Below, one piece after another: positions 1 to 8,772 of a stretch of 64,000 nucleotides of DNA (positions are counted from its first letter, which is position 1; each line of letters opens with the position of its first letter). The position numbers and the translations under genes are program-made. The stretch covers positions 2,112,001 to 2,176,000 of the forward strand of contig OY970218.1 in assembly GCA_963713975.1 (NCBI GenBank). Reading direction: 5' to 3'. The notes under the pieces were generated by a model. That model saw nothing but the letters and a program-made list of their open reading frames with translations, searched no databases and was not told the DNA's origin. Source of the stretch: an uncultured Chloroflexia bacterium. GTDB taxonomy: Bacteria; Chloroflexota; Limnocylindria; Limnocylindrales; CSP1-4.

Positions 1-617
1 AGGAGCGCGCGATTGTCCTCACGCGGTACGACCGTCGGCGGGTCGGGGGGCGCTGGATTCGCGTCCACCAGGAGGACCTCTGCCAGTCGTTCGGCGTCAT
101 GCCGGACAAGAAGTACGAGGCTGACGGAGGGCCCGGCATTCAGCGCATCGCCAAGTTGCTCCGCGTGGTGATGCCCCCGAGGGTGGCCGAAGATTCGGTG
201 TGGAGGTTCGCCGACGCGCTCGCGTGGAACTGGGCCCTGGGCGGCAGCGACGCGCACGCCAAGAACTACTCGTTGCTGCTGGCGGGGGAGAACGTGCGCC
301 TCGCGCCCCTCTACGACATCACGTCGTCCCTCGCCTACTGGCGCGAACACGACGTCTCGATCGCGATGAGGCTCGACGACGGCTACCGCCTCTTCGCCTA
401 CCGCGACCCGTGGCCAGCCGCCGCTGCCGCTCTCGCTGTCGATGAGGACCGACTCCACGACCGCGTCGTCTCGCTCCTGGAGCGGGCCCCAGAGGCCCTC
501 TCGGATGCCGCGTCGCAGGAGGGGATCGCAGCGCTACGAAGCAAGCTCCCGGGCCGCCTCATCAAAGCGGTGGCCGTCCGCTCCGAACGGTGTCTCAGGC
601 AGATGGGAGCGCGGTAG
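1..617 (+). CDS. hipA: HipA-family Ser/Thr kinase toxin, 5'-truncated by window edge
   Basis: Frame open from base 3: RYDR...RVHQEDLCQSFG..P.KKY, catalytic DAHAKNYS and APLYD motifs of HipA C-terminal domain. Confidence 0.9.
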   Translation, partial: ERAIVLTRYDRRRVGGRWIRVHQEDLCQSFGVMPDKKYEADGGPGIQRIAKLLRVVMPPRVAEDSVWRFADALAWNWALGGSDAHAKNYSLLLAGENVRLAPLYDITSSLAYWREHDVSIAMRLDDGYRLFAYRDPWPAAAAALAVDEDRLHDRVVSLLERAPEALSDAASQEGIAALRSKLPGRLIKAVAVRSERCLRQMGAR

Positions 618-790
618 GGGGGCGGCGGGGTCCTTCTGGCGCCGATCTGACCTCGGGCTAGATGACAGCGGCGACCCTCCCAGGGCGTCGTGACGCAAGA
701 GGTGAAGCACGGCTCATCGCCGACCGGCAAACTGCAGTTCTGAGTCCACCTAGTGGGGGGAGCAGTGCCTGTGAAGACCATCTACGTTTC

Positions 791-825
791 TTGACCCGCC
801 CGCTGCATACAGCTATACAGGAAAC
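791..825 (+). promoter_or_regulatory. Sigma70-type promoter with overlapping operator for the first RHH-VapC pair; leaderless
   Basis: TTGACC(791-796)-17 bp-TATACA(814-819), 6 nt to ATG826; ATACAG repeated twice and near-palindrome GCTGCATACAGC overlapping the spacer. Confidence 0.65.
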
Positions 826-1089
826 ATGAAAGCAACCATCGATGTCCCCGATGCGCTCTATCGACAGGTGAAGGCCCGCGCCGCCCTGCAAGGCCGTACC
901 GTCCGCGAGGTCACGATCGAGCTCTACGAGAGCTGGCTGGGTGGTCGCGAGGCTCCGGGATCGGACGTGGAGAAGCCACTCTCGGGCCCGGAGTGGCTTG
1001 CCCGCTGGGAGGAGCTCGGTGCGGAGACTGCCCGGAAGGCCATCGACCCACGTCCGACGAGCGAGATCATCATCACTGCACGGCGCTAG
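826..1089 (+). CDS. Ribbon-helix-helix antitoxin (VapB/FitA-like)
   Basis: MKATIDVPDALYRQVKARAALQGRTVREV RHH pattern; stop overlaps start of PIN gene by 1 nt. Confidence 0.85.
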   Translation: MKATIDVPDALYRQVKARAALQGRTVREVTIELYESWLGGREAPGSDVEKPLSGPEWLARWEELGAETARKAIDPRPTSEIIITARR

Positions 1090-1520
1090 TGCTGACCATC
1101 GACGCGTCGGTGCTCGTCGCAGCCGGCGCCACCGACGAAGGCGCTCACGCGCCGGCTCGAGCGTTCCTTGAGCGAGTGCTAACCGTGGGACAGGCAATCC
1201 ACGAGCCAGTCCTGGTGATTGTCGAGGTGACCGCGGGGATCGCGCGCCGGACCGGTGACCCTGCTCATGCCCGGGCCATGGGCCTCCAGGTGCTGGAACT
1301 GCCCGGGGTCGTCCTCCATGACTTCGACACCGATGCGGCGCTGGTCGCGGCCGGGCTCGCGAGCGATCTGCGCCTCCGGGCTGCCGACGCCGTGTACGCC
1401 GCCACCGCGCTGGTGCACGGCACGATGCTGGTCACCCTGGATGTGGAGTTGGCAACGCGCGCCGCCGCCGTCATCCCGACCTGCACGCCGGCCGAGTGGC
1501 TGGCGCGCCAGGGCGGATAG
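1089..1520 (+). CDS. vapC: PIN-domain VapC toxin
   Basis: GTG1089; TIDASV..., VIVEV, LRAADAVYAATA, LVTLD acidic PIN residues. Confidence 0.88.
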   Translation: MLTIDASVLVAAGATDEGAHAPARAFLERVLTVGQAIHEPVLVIVEVTAGIARRTGDPAHARAMGLQVLELPGVVLHDFDTDAALVAAGLASDLRLRAADAVYAATALVHGTMLVTLDVELATRAAAVIPTCTPAEWLARQGG

Positions 1521-1554
1521 CGGCCACCACCTCGACCGGCCGGTCAGCCTGGTC

Positions 1555-2097
1555 CTACGCGTCGCCCCGGAGCCGCGAGTACGCCACGCAGTCCACGGGC
1601 ACGCCGTCGTGGTGCAGGTCCCATGCCCGGAGCACGCCTTCACGCTGGAAGCCGGCACGCTCGACCATCCGCTCGGACGGCTCGTTGCCGATCATGATGA
1701 ACGAGTCGATCCGGATCACCGCGGTCGTGGCGAAGGTCCAGTCGGTCACCAGCCGCAGCGCCCGCGCCCCCACACCACGACCCCGGGCCTCGGGTGCGAG
1801 CCACAGGCCGAGGGTCGCCTGGTGACCGTCGGGCCCGAACCGGGTCACGGCGCCCAGGATCCGCTCGCTCGCAGCATCGACGATCGCGAAGGCCGCACCC
1901 GTCCCGTTCCCCCACATCGCCAGCGCATGGTCGATGAAGGCGTTGGCATCGGGGGGCAGGAATGGCTGCGGAATGGCCACCCAGCGGGCGATGTCCGGGT
2001 CCTGGCAGATGGCGAGGACGGCGGGCGCGTCGGTGCGCCGCCACGGCCGCAGGACGAGCTCGTCCACGGTGAGGGTCGTATCCGGCTCGTCGTCCAC
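1555..2097 (-). CDS. GNAT acetyltransferase, RimJ/RimL family
   Basis: LVLRPW...D, LGLWLAPEARGRGVG acetyl-CoA loop, N.PS.R.VERAGF.REG; start taken at GTG2097 (GAGAAT 6 nt upstream). Confidence 0.85.
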   Translation of the reverse strand: MDDEPDTTLTVDELVLRPWRRTDAPAVLAICQDPDIARWVAIPQPFLPPDANAFIDHALAMWGNGTGAAFAIVDAASERILGAVTRFGPDGHQATLGLWLAPEARGRGVGARALRLVTDWTFATTAVIRIDSFIMIGNEPSERMVERAGFQREGVLRAWDLHHDGVPVDCVAYSRLRGDA

Positions 2098-2152
2098 CGG
2101 ACCATTCTCGCCGGTCTGTGACCGCCCGACCACGGCGGACAGCGGGGAGGAT

Positions 2153-2174
2153 ATGGCACCACCGGTGGTACCAT
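2153..2174 (+). promoter_or_regulatory. 22-bp near-perfect palindrome (antitoxin operator) containing -10 TACCAT
   Basis: ATGGCACCACCGGTGGTACCAT, one mismatched pair; TACCAT(2169-2174) is 6 nt from ATG2181. Confidence 0.7.
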
Positions 2175-2180
2175 CCGCAC

Positions 2181-2396
2181 ATGGACAAGACCACGGTGTA
2201 CCTGCCGGTCGAGCTCAAGACCGCGCTCCGCCGCGTGGCGCTGGAGCGCGGCGTGTCCGAGGCGGAGGTCATCCGCGAGTCGATCCGCCAGGCCGTCGCC
2301 GGCGTGCGCCCGCGGCCCCGGTCCGGCCTGTTCGCGGGGGCGGAACCCGTCGCCCGTGACGCGGACGCCCACCTGGCGGGCTTCGGCGACCGGTGA
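2181..2396 (+). CDS. CopG/RHH antitoxin
   Basis: MDKTTVYLPVELKTALRRVALERGVSEAEVIRESI; GTGA overlap with vapC. Confidence 0.88.
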   Translation: MDKTTVYLPVELKTALRRVALERGVSEAEVIRESIRQAVAGVRPRPRSGLFAGAEPVARDADAHLAGFGDR

Positions 2397-2830
2397 TCGT
2401 CGACACGAGCGCCCTCCTTGCCTTCTTCGACCGCAACGAGCCCGATCACGACGCGGTGGCCCGGGAGCTGCTGGCCGCCGACGAGCCGCTGGTGGTGCCT
2501 CCCTACGTGCTCGCCGAGCTGGACTACCTCGTGGCAACGCGCCACGGGACGGCGGCCGAGCTGGACGTGATCGCCGAGCTCGCCGGTGGCGCCTGGGACC
2601 TGCCCGGCTTCGATGCGGCGGACCTCGCGGCCGCGCACCGGGTGATCGCGCAATACGCGGACCAGGCCATCGGGCTCGCCGACGCCTCGATCGTCGTGCT
2701 GGCAGACCGCCTGGGGACGCGGACCGTGGCCACGCTGGACCACCGCCACTTCGAGGTGCTTCGCCCGCTGTCGGGCGGCAGGTTCACGCTCGTCCCCTGG
2801 TCATCGACGACGCGCGGGCCCACGACCTGA
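2393..2830 (+). CDS. vapC: PIN-domain VapC toxin with a short aberrant C-terminal extension
   Basis: MIVDTSALLA, VLAELDY, GLADASIV, ATLDHRHF motifs. Confidence 0.9.
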   Translation: MIVDTSALLAFFDRNEPDHDAVARELLAADEPLVVPPYVLAELDYLVATRHGTAAELDVIAELAGGAWDLPGFDAADLAAAHRVIAQYADQAIGLADASIVVLADRLGTRTVATLDHRHFEVLRPLSGGRFTLVPWSSTTRGPTT

Positions 2831-2946
2831 CCGCCTACGACGCCGCGTACCTGGGGCTCGCCGCATTCCGGGGCCTGCCCCTCGCGACCGTCGACGAGCG
2901 GCTCCGGGCAGCGTGTGCCGATGCCGGGGTCGTGCTGCTCGCATGA
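2797..2946 (+). pseudogene. C-terminal remnant of a third, different VapC/PIN gene
   Basis: Alternate frame reads ARAHDLTAYDAAYLGLAAFRGLPLATVDERLRAACADAGV*, the typical second half of a PIN domain, with no matching N-terminal half. Confidence 0.75.
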
Positions 2947-3026
2947 CGTCCCAGCCCCCGACGGGATCGGTGGGCGTGGCCCTCCCACGGGCTTCGTCCC
3001 CGCAACGATCGCGACACCCTCGACCC

Positions 3027-3938
3027 TCAGGCGGACGTCCCCACCGGCACGGGTGAGGCTCCGCCGATCCCGTTCGCCGCGGTGAACCCGGCAAGGCGCT
3101 GCGCCCACGCGGCGATCATCGGGGCGGCGAAGTGGGTGGGATCCCAGGCTGCGAAGAGCACGAACCGGAGGTCGCGCCCACCGACGTCGATGGCGAGGCT
3201 CCGCAGGCCGTAGCGCGCGTCGTCCGAGACGACCGCCACCCCCAGTCCACCGGCAGCGAGCGTCTGGACGACCTCCGACAGCCCCGCCTCGGCGACCGTC
3301 CGGTACGTGAGGCCGGCGCTGTTCACTGCGGTGTCGAACAGCCGTCGCGTGCCCGTGTCGGGGGTCAGCAGCACGAGCGGCTCGGTCACGAGGTCGTCGA
3401 GCCCGATCCGCTCGCGGCCGGCGAGCCGATGGCCCGATGGCACCTGTGCCCAGACGCCGAACTCGCCGATCCCGCACGATGCGAGCTCCCCCGGCGCCGG
3501 CCCGAACGCGACGCCGAGATCCGCATCGCCGGAGAGGACAGTCTTGAACACGCCGAACGACGGTGACTCGAGCACCGTCACCTTCAGCGCGTCCTCGCCG
3601 AGCGTCGCGAGGTACGGCCCGATGACGTCGGCGACGGTCACATGCGGAGCGACGACGGTCAGGCTCACGGACCGCGTGGCGAGCGGCTCGCGCATCGCGG
3701 CGACGGCCAGGTCTGAGCGGGCAACGAGGTCGCGGGCATAGGGGAGGAACCGCCGCCCGGCGGGGGACAGCCTCAGGCGGCCGCCAACCCGGTCGAACAG
3801 GCGCAGGCCGAGCTCGTCCTCCAGGCCGTGGAGCTGGCGCGACAGCGACGGCTGGGCCACGCTCACGGCGGTGGCAGCGCGGGTGATCGAGCCCTCGTCC
3901 ACGACGGCGAGGAAGTACCGCACGACCCGAAGCTCCAT
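3027..3938 (-). CDS. LysR-family transcriptional regulator
   Basis: MELRVVRYFLAVVDEGSITRAA...QPSLSRQL..LEDELG..LFDR HTH; divergent from ABC operon. Confidence 0.95.
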   Translation of the reverse strand: MELRVVRYFLAVVDEGSITRAATAVSVAQPSLSRQLHGLEDELGLRLFDRVGGRLRLSPAGRRFLPYARDLVARSDLAVAAMREPLATRSVSLTVVAPHVTVADVIGPYLATLGEDALKVTVLESPSFGVFKTVLSGDADLGVAFGPAPGELASCGIGEFGVWAQVPSGHRLAGRERIGLDDLVTEPLVLLTPDTGTRRLFDTAVNSAGLTYRTVAEAGLSEVVQTLAAGGLGVAVVSDDARYGLRSLAIDVGGRDLRFVLFAAWDPTHFAAPMIAAWAQRLAGFTAANGIGGASPVPVGTSA

Positions 3939-3996
3939 CGCATCCTCCAACGACACCGCCGCCGCGCCCGATGCCAGGCGCTGCCCTTCGTCAACC

Positions 3997-4013
3997 CATG
4001 CCTCGCAGGCATG
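3997..4013. promoter_or_regulatory. LysR recognition box
   Basis: CATGCCT-CGC-AGGCATG dyad (ATGC-N7-GCAT, T-N11-A) in the divergent intergenic region. Confidence 0.7.
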
Positions 4014-4140
4014 TGAATCGGCTGATGCAAGTATTGGACGGCGGGTGGCACATCGGCAAGACTCCGCCCATGTCCGCGTCTCAAGGCGTGGTCTCGCGGC
4101 GGCCGCGACCGTCGCGCTCACCGATCAGGAGGAGGATCCG

Positions 4141-5808
4141 GTGAACCCAGTCACATCCGCGCGTCGGCGGCGTGCCGGGCTGCGCACTGCCGCGGCTCTC
4201 GCCGCGATGGCCGTCATGGTCGCAGCGTGCAGCTCGGACGCCAGCCCCAGTCCATCGACAGCCCCCGCCGCGACGAGCGCCGCGACCGCGGCCGCGACGG
4301 AAGCCCCCACCCCGAGCGGTCCGCAGGTCCTCAACGTCGCCGCGACCGCCAACGTCACCACCTGGGACCCGGTGAAGTCGTTCTCCACCGAGGCCTTCTA
4401 CATGGCGAACATGTACGAGCCGCTGCTCTGGATCAACCCGCCCGGATCGGCGGAGACGTACACGCCGGCACTTGCCACCTCGTGGGAGCCGAGCGCCGAC
4501 GCCATGACGTGGACGTTCCACCTCCGCGACGGCGTGAAGTTCCACGACGGTGAGCCGATGACCGCCGATGCGGTCGTGCAGTCCATCGAGGCCGCCAGGG
4601 AGCGCGGCGGCGCGTCCTTCATCTGGGCGCCGCTCGACACGATCACCGCGGTGGACCCGCTGACCGTCGAGATGAAGCTCAAGTGGGCGGCGCCCATGGA
4701 CCTCGTGGCGTCGTCGCTCTACGGCGCGTGGATCGTCAGCCCCAAGGCGCTCGCAGCGGCCGCGGCCGACGAGAACTACTTCGAGACCGGGATCGACGCC
4801 GGCACGGGGCCCTACACGATCGAGTCCTACACCCCGGACAAGGAGGTCCTGCTCACGAAGGCCGACGACTACTGGGGCGGCTGGGACGACCTCAGCCACT
4901 ACGACAAGGTGCTCGTTTCGATCACCCCGGAGTCGGTCGTCCAGCAGCAGATGCTTGACGGCGGCCAGGTGGACCTCGCGTTCAGCCTCCCCCTCGAGAA
5001 CATCCGGGCCCAGTACGAGAACAACCCGGACTACACGTTCATCGAGGAGCCGTCGTTCTTCAACTACGTGGGCTTCTTCAACACGGACCGCAAGGAGCTG
5101 AGCGATCCCAAGGTGCGCCAGGCGCTCTCGTACGCGATCCCGTACGAGGACATCATCGCGATCGGTGCGCAGGGCTTCGGAACCCAGTCCCGCGGGCCCG
5201 TGCCCGCCGGCGTCTTCCCCTGGTCCGACCAGGTCCCGCAGTACACCCAGGACCTCGAGAAGGCGAAGCAGCTGCTCGCCGAGGCGGGCTATGCGGACGG
5301 CTTCGCGCTCGAGCTGACCTACGCCTCGGAGAACCAGAACGAGGCGCGGTTCGCGCCGCTCATCAAGGAGGCCTACGCGGAGCTCGGCGTGGACGTCACG
5401 CTGACGCCGATGCAGTTCAACCAGCAGTGGGAACGCGGCAAGGGAGACCCGGCCAGCCGCCAGGACATGTTCCTCCTGCTCTACTGGCCGACCTACAGCG
5501 ACGCGGGATCCGACAACCTGTGGTCGATGTTCCGCTCCAGCGAGAACCCGTTCTTCAACCTCTCGTACTGGAAGAATGACGACTACGACAAGCTGATCGA
5601 CGATTCGGGCACGAAGACCGCGACCGACCGCGCCGGCGCCGAAGCCGGCTACGTCGAGGCGATGAAGCTCCTCGTCGACCAGGCGCCGGGCCTGTTCTTC
5701 TACGACACCAAGTTCGTGACCGCGGTGCCGAACCGGATCGCGGGCTTCAAGTACAACCTCAACTATCCGTTCGCGCAGTTCTTCTATCCGCTCCATCCGG
5801 CGAACTGA
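4141..5808 (+). CDS. Peptide/nickel-type ABC substrate-binding lipoprotein (family 5)
   Basis: AGGAGG RBS before GTG4141, lipobox VAAC, WTFHLRDGVKFHDG, GTGPY motifs. Confidence 0.93.
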   Translation: MNPVTSARRRRAGLRTAAALAAMAVMVAACSSDASPSPSTAPAATSAATAAATEAPTPSGPQVLNVAATANVTTWDPVKSFSTEAFYMANMYEPLLWINPPGSAETYTPALATSWEPSADAMTWTFHLRDGVKFHDGEPMTADAVVQSIEAARERGGASFIWAPLDTITAVDPLTVEMKLKWAAPMDLVASSLYGAWIVSPKALAAAAADENYFETGIDAGTGPYTIESYTPDKEVLLTKADDYWGGWDDLSHYDKVLVSITPESVVQQQMLDGGQVDLAFSLPLENIRAQYENNPDYTFIEEPSFFNYVGFFNTDRKELSDPKVRQALSYAIPYEDIIAIGAQGFGTQSRGPVPAGVFPWSDQVPQYTQDLEKAKQLLAEAGYADGFALELTYASENQNEARFAPLIKEAYAELGVDVTLTPMQFNQQWERGKGDPASRQDMFLLLYWPTYSDAGSDNLWSMFRSSENPFFNLSYWKNDDYDKLIDDSGTKTATDRAGAEAGYVEAMKLLVDQAPGLFFYDTKFVTAVPNRIAGFKYNLNYPFAQFFYPLHPAN

Positions 5809-5820
5809 CCCTAGGTGATC

Positions 5821-5865
5821 GACGTTCTGCCGGGCACGGTCCATCCGGACCGCGCCCGGCACGTC
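5821..5865 (+). other. Stem-loop after the binding-protein gene (mRNA stabiliser/partial terminator)
   Basis: TGCCGGGC-ACGGTCC-ATCC-GGACCG-C-GCCCGGCA inverted repeat. Confidence 0.6.
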
Positions 5866-5891
5866 CCCCCTCGCGCGGAGCACCCCCCGGC

Positions 5892-6908
5892 GTGAAGCGG
5901 TTCCTGGCCAGTCGGCTCGCGGGATCCATCGTGGTCATCGTGGGCGTCTCACTGATCACGTTCGTCCTCGCCCGGGTGATCCCCTCGAATGCGGCGGCGA
6001 TGTACATCGGTCCGAAGGCACGGCCCGCGGACATCGAGCGCGTGACGCAGCTCCTGGGCCTGGATCAGCCCCTGCCGATCCAGTACGTCACGTACATGCG
6101 CGACCTGCTCACCGGGGACTGGGGGACGTCGATCGGGACGAAGCGCCCGGTCATCGAGGAGATCGGCGGGCGCCTCCCGGCGACCCTCGAGCTGATCTTC
6201 GCGGCCATGCTCATCGCGATCCCGCTGGGGATCGTCCTCGGCGTGCTCTCGGCCCGCTGGCAGGGGAAACCGCCCGACGCCGTCGTCCGCATCGTGTCGA
6301 TCATCGGCGTCTCGCTTCCCGCGTTCTTCCTCGCGCTGATCCTGCAGATCGTGTTCTTCCGCACGCTGGAGCTGCTGCCTCTCACCGGGCGTGTGGCGTC
6401 GGACCTGCGCTTCACGAGCCCGATCGTGCCCGTCACCGGGTTCTATCTCGTGGACTCGATCATCGGGGGCAACTGGACGGCGCTTGCGGATTCCGTGTAC
6501 CACCTGATCCTGCCGGCGATCACGCTCGCGGCGTATCCACTAGGGCTCGTCGCCCGGATGACGCGCGCGTCGATGCTCGATGCGATGGATCAGGACTACG
6601 TTCGCACGGCCCGTGCCTACGGCCTCCATGGTGGGCTCATCACGTACAGGCTCACCCTCCGTAACGCCATCCTGCCGGTGCTCACCGTCATCGGGCTCAC
6701 GTTCGCGTACGCGCTCTCCGGCACGTTCTTCGTCGAGATCATCTTCAACTGGCCCGGTCTCGGGACGTTCGCAACGCGCTCGCTCCTGAACGTCGACTAC
6801 CCGGCGATCATGGGGATCGCCCTGTTCGGGGCGATCGCTTACGTCGTCATCAACTTCTTCGTCGACATCGGCCAGGCGTGGCTCGACCCGCGCGTGAGGC
6901 TCACCTGA
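5892..6908 (+). CDS. Peptide ABC permease (DppB/OppB-like)
   Basis: LGLDQPLPIQY, RLPATLEL, DYVRTARAYG EAA-loop. Confidence 0.93.
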   Translation: MKRFLASRLAGSIVVIVGVSLITFVLARVIPSNAAAMYIGPKARPADIERVTQLLGLDQPLPIQYVTYMRDLLTGDWGTSIGTKRPVIEEIGGRLPATLELIFAAMLIAIPLGIVLGVLSARWQGKPPDAVVRIVSIIGVSLPAFFLALILQIVFFRTLELLPLTGRVASDLRFTSPIVPVTGFYLVDSIIGGNWTALADSVYHLILPAITLAAYPLGLVARMTRASMLDAMDQDYVRTARAYGLHGGLITYRLTLRNAILPVLTVIGLTFAYALSGTFFVEIIFNWPGLGTFATRSLLNVDYPAIMGIALFGAIAYVVINFFVDIGQAWLDPRVRLT

Positions 6909-7801
6909 TGGCGATCGAGTACGTTCCCGCCGAGGCGCTTGCGCCTGCCGCCCCCGGCTTCCTGCGCCGGCTCCGCCGCGCGGTGCGCCGCGACCCGCTC
7001 GCCCTCCTGAGCCTCACGATCATGGGCGTCGTCCTTGTCTGGGCGGTCCTCGGCACGCTCGTCGCCCCGTATCCGTCCCAGGGCGAGGGTGCCAGCGATG
7101 TCGCCGCCCGCATGCTCCCGCCGAGCGCGGAGCACTGGTTCGGGACGGACCAGTTGGGCCGTGACGTGCTCAGCCGGGTGATCGTCGGCGCTCGGAGCGC
7201 GGTCGTCGTGTCGCTCGTCGTCGTGGGGCTGGCCGTCCTGATCGGCGTGCCGTTGGGCGCCATCGCCGGCTACCGGCGAGGACGGCTGGACGGGATCATC
7301 ATGCGGGCGACCGACCTGTTCCTCGCATTCCCGCCCCTGCTCCTGGCGATGGCGATCGTCGCGGCCCTGGGCCCGGGACTGGACCACGCCGCCCTCGCCC
7401 TGGCGATCTCGTGGTGGCCCTGGTACACCCGGATCGCCCGCGGGACGGCGGTCTCCATCCGCGAGCGGTCGTACATCGAGGCGGCGCGCTCGATCGGGAT
7501 CAGCGACCGGGCGATCATCGTGCGCCACATCCTCCCGAACTCGATGACCCCGATCCTGGTGCAGGCGACGGTCGACATCGGGACGGTGATCCTCGCCGCC
7601 GGCGCGCTCGCCTTCCTCGGGCTGGGTGCAACGCCACCCACGCCCGACTGGGGCCTCATGGTGTCCGAGGGCCGGACCTACATCCTCGACCAGTGGTGGA
7701 TCGCCACCTTCCCGGGACTCGCGATCTTCGTGACGGTGCTCGCGGTGAACCTGTTCGGGGACCTGCTGCGGGACCTCCTCGACCCGAGGCGGGGCCGATG
7801 A
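6908..7801 (+). CDS. Peptide ABC permease (DppC/OppC-like)
   Basis: HWFGTDQLGRDVLSR, YIEAARSIG, HILPN, PTPDWG. Confidence 0.93.
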   Translation: MAIEYVPAEALAPAAPGFLRRLRRAVRRDPLALLSLTIMGVVLVWAVLGTLVAPYPSQGEGASDVAARMLPPSAEHWFGTDQLGRDVLSRVIVGARSAVVVSLVVVGLAVLIGVPLGAIAGYRRGRLDGIIMRATDLFLAFPPLLLAMAIVAALGPGLDHAALALAISWWPWYTRIARGTAVSIRERSYIEAARSIGISDRAIIVRHILPNSMTPILVQATVDIGTVILAAGALAFLGLGATPPTPDWGLMVSEGRTYILDQWWIATFPGLAIFVTVLAVNLFGDLLRDLLDPRRGR

Positions 7802-8772
7802 GCGCCCCCCTGCTCAGGATCCGCGACCTCTCGCTCGACTTCGTGTCCGAGGACTCGCGGTCAACCGCCCTCGGGGGGATCTCGATCGACGTGGCGCCGG
7901 GCGAGGTCGTGGGGCTCGTGGGCGAGACCGGATGTGGCAAGACGGTGACCGGCCTGTCCATCCTGGGGCTCCTCCCGCGCACCGCCCGCGTGACGAATGG
8001 GTCGGTGGAGTTCGAGGGCCGTGATCTGCTGGCGCTCGGCGAGCGGGAGATGCGCGCCATCCGGGGCGCGCGGATCTCGATGGTCTTCCAGAACCCCGCG
8101 GCGGCCTTCAATCCCGTCTTCTCGATCGGGTCCCAGATCGGCATGGTGCTCAAGGCTCACGAGGCGCTCTCCCGTGCTGATGCGGACGATCGAATCCGAT
8201 CCACGCTGACGGCTGTCGGCCTGCCCGAGCACGACCGGATCCTGCGCGCCTACCCGCACCAGCTGTCGGGTGGCCTCCTCCAGCGCGCGATGATCGCCAT
8301 GGCGCTCGTGTGCCGGCCGTCGCTGCTGATCGCCGACGAGCCGACGACCGCCCTCGACGTGACGATCGCCGGCCAGATCCTCCGGCTCCTCCGCCGCCTG
8401 CAGGAGGAGCAGGGGTTCAGCGTCCTGTTCATCACGCACGACCTGGGGGTGGTACGCACCGTGAGCGACCGCGTCGCCGTCCTGTACGCGGGGCGGGTCG
8501 TCGAGACCGCCCCAACGGCCGAGCTCTTCCGCGGGCCGTCACACCCGTACACCAGGGGGCTCATGGCAGCCGTGCCGCGCCGCTCGACGCGCGGATCGGC
8601 GCTGGCGTCGATCCCGGGCAGCGTGCCCGGGGATGCGGCGATCCTGCCCGGCTGCGCGTTTGCCGGTCGCTGTCCGATCGTCGCGGATCGCTGTCGTTCA
8701 GAGCGGCCCGACCTGCGTCCGGTCGGTGTCGACCACATGGCCGCATGCCTGTTCGCGGAGCCGGCGCGATGA
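7798..8772 (+). CDS. Peptide ABC ATPase (DppD/OppD-like)
   Basis: Walker [30 protein letters not shown] and C-terminal Cys cluster. Confidence 0.93.
   Translation: MSAPLLRIRDLSLDFVSEDSRSTALGGISIDVAPGEVVGLVGETGCGKTVTGLSILGLLPRTARVTNGSVEFEGRDLLALGEREMRAIRGARISMVFQNPAAAFNPVFSIGSQIGMVLKAHEALSRADADDRIRSTLTAVGLPEHDRILRAYPHQLSGGLLQRAMIAMALVCRPSLLIADEPTTALDVTIAGQILRLLRRLQEEQGFSVLFITHDLGVVRTVSDRVAVLYAGRVVETAPTAELFRGPSHPYTRGLMAAVPRRSTRGSALASIPGSVPGDAAILPGCAFAGRCPIVADRCRSERPDLRPVGVDHMAACLFAEPAR

Noticed and set aside
658-753. CTAG-bounded 96-bp segment after hipA as an IS end or attC site
   Set aside because: No convincing inverted repeat or attC core pairing found
1555-2097. GNAT as an AtaT/TacT-type toxin
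   Set aside because: RimJ/RimL-type sequence, opposite strand, and no adjacent DUF1778-like antitoxin; both RHH genes are already paired with VapC
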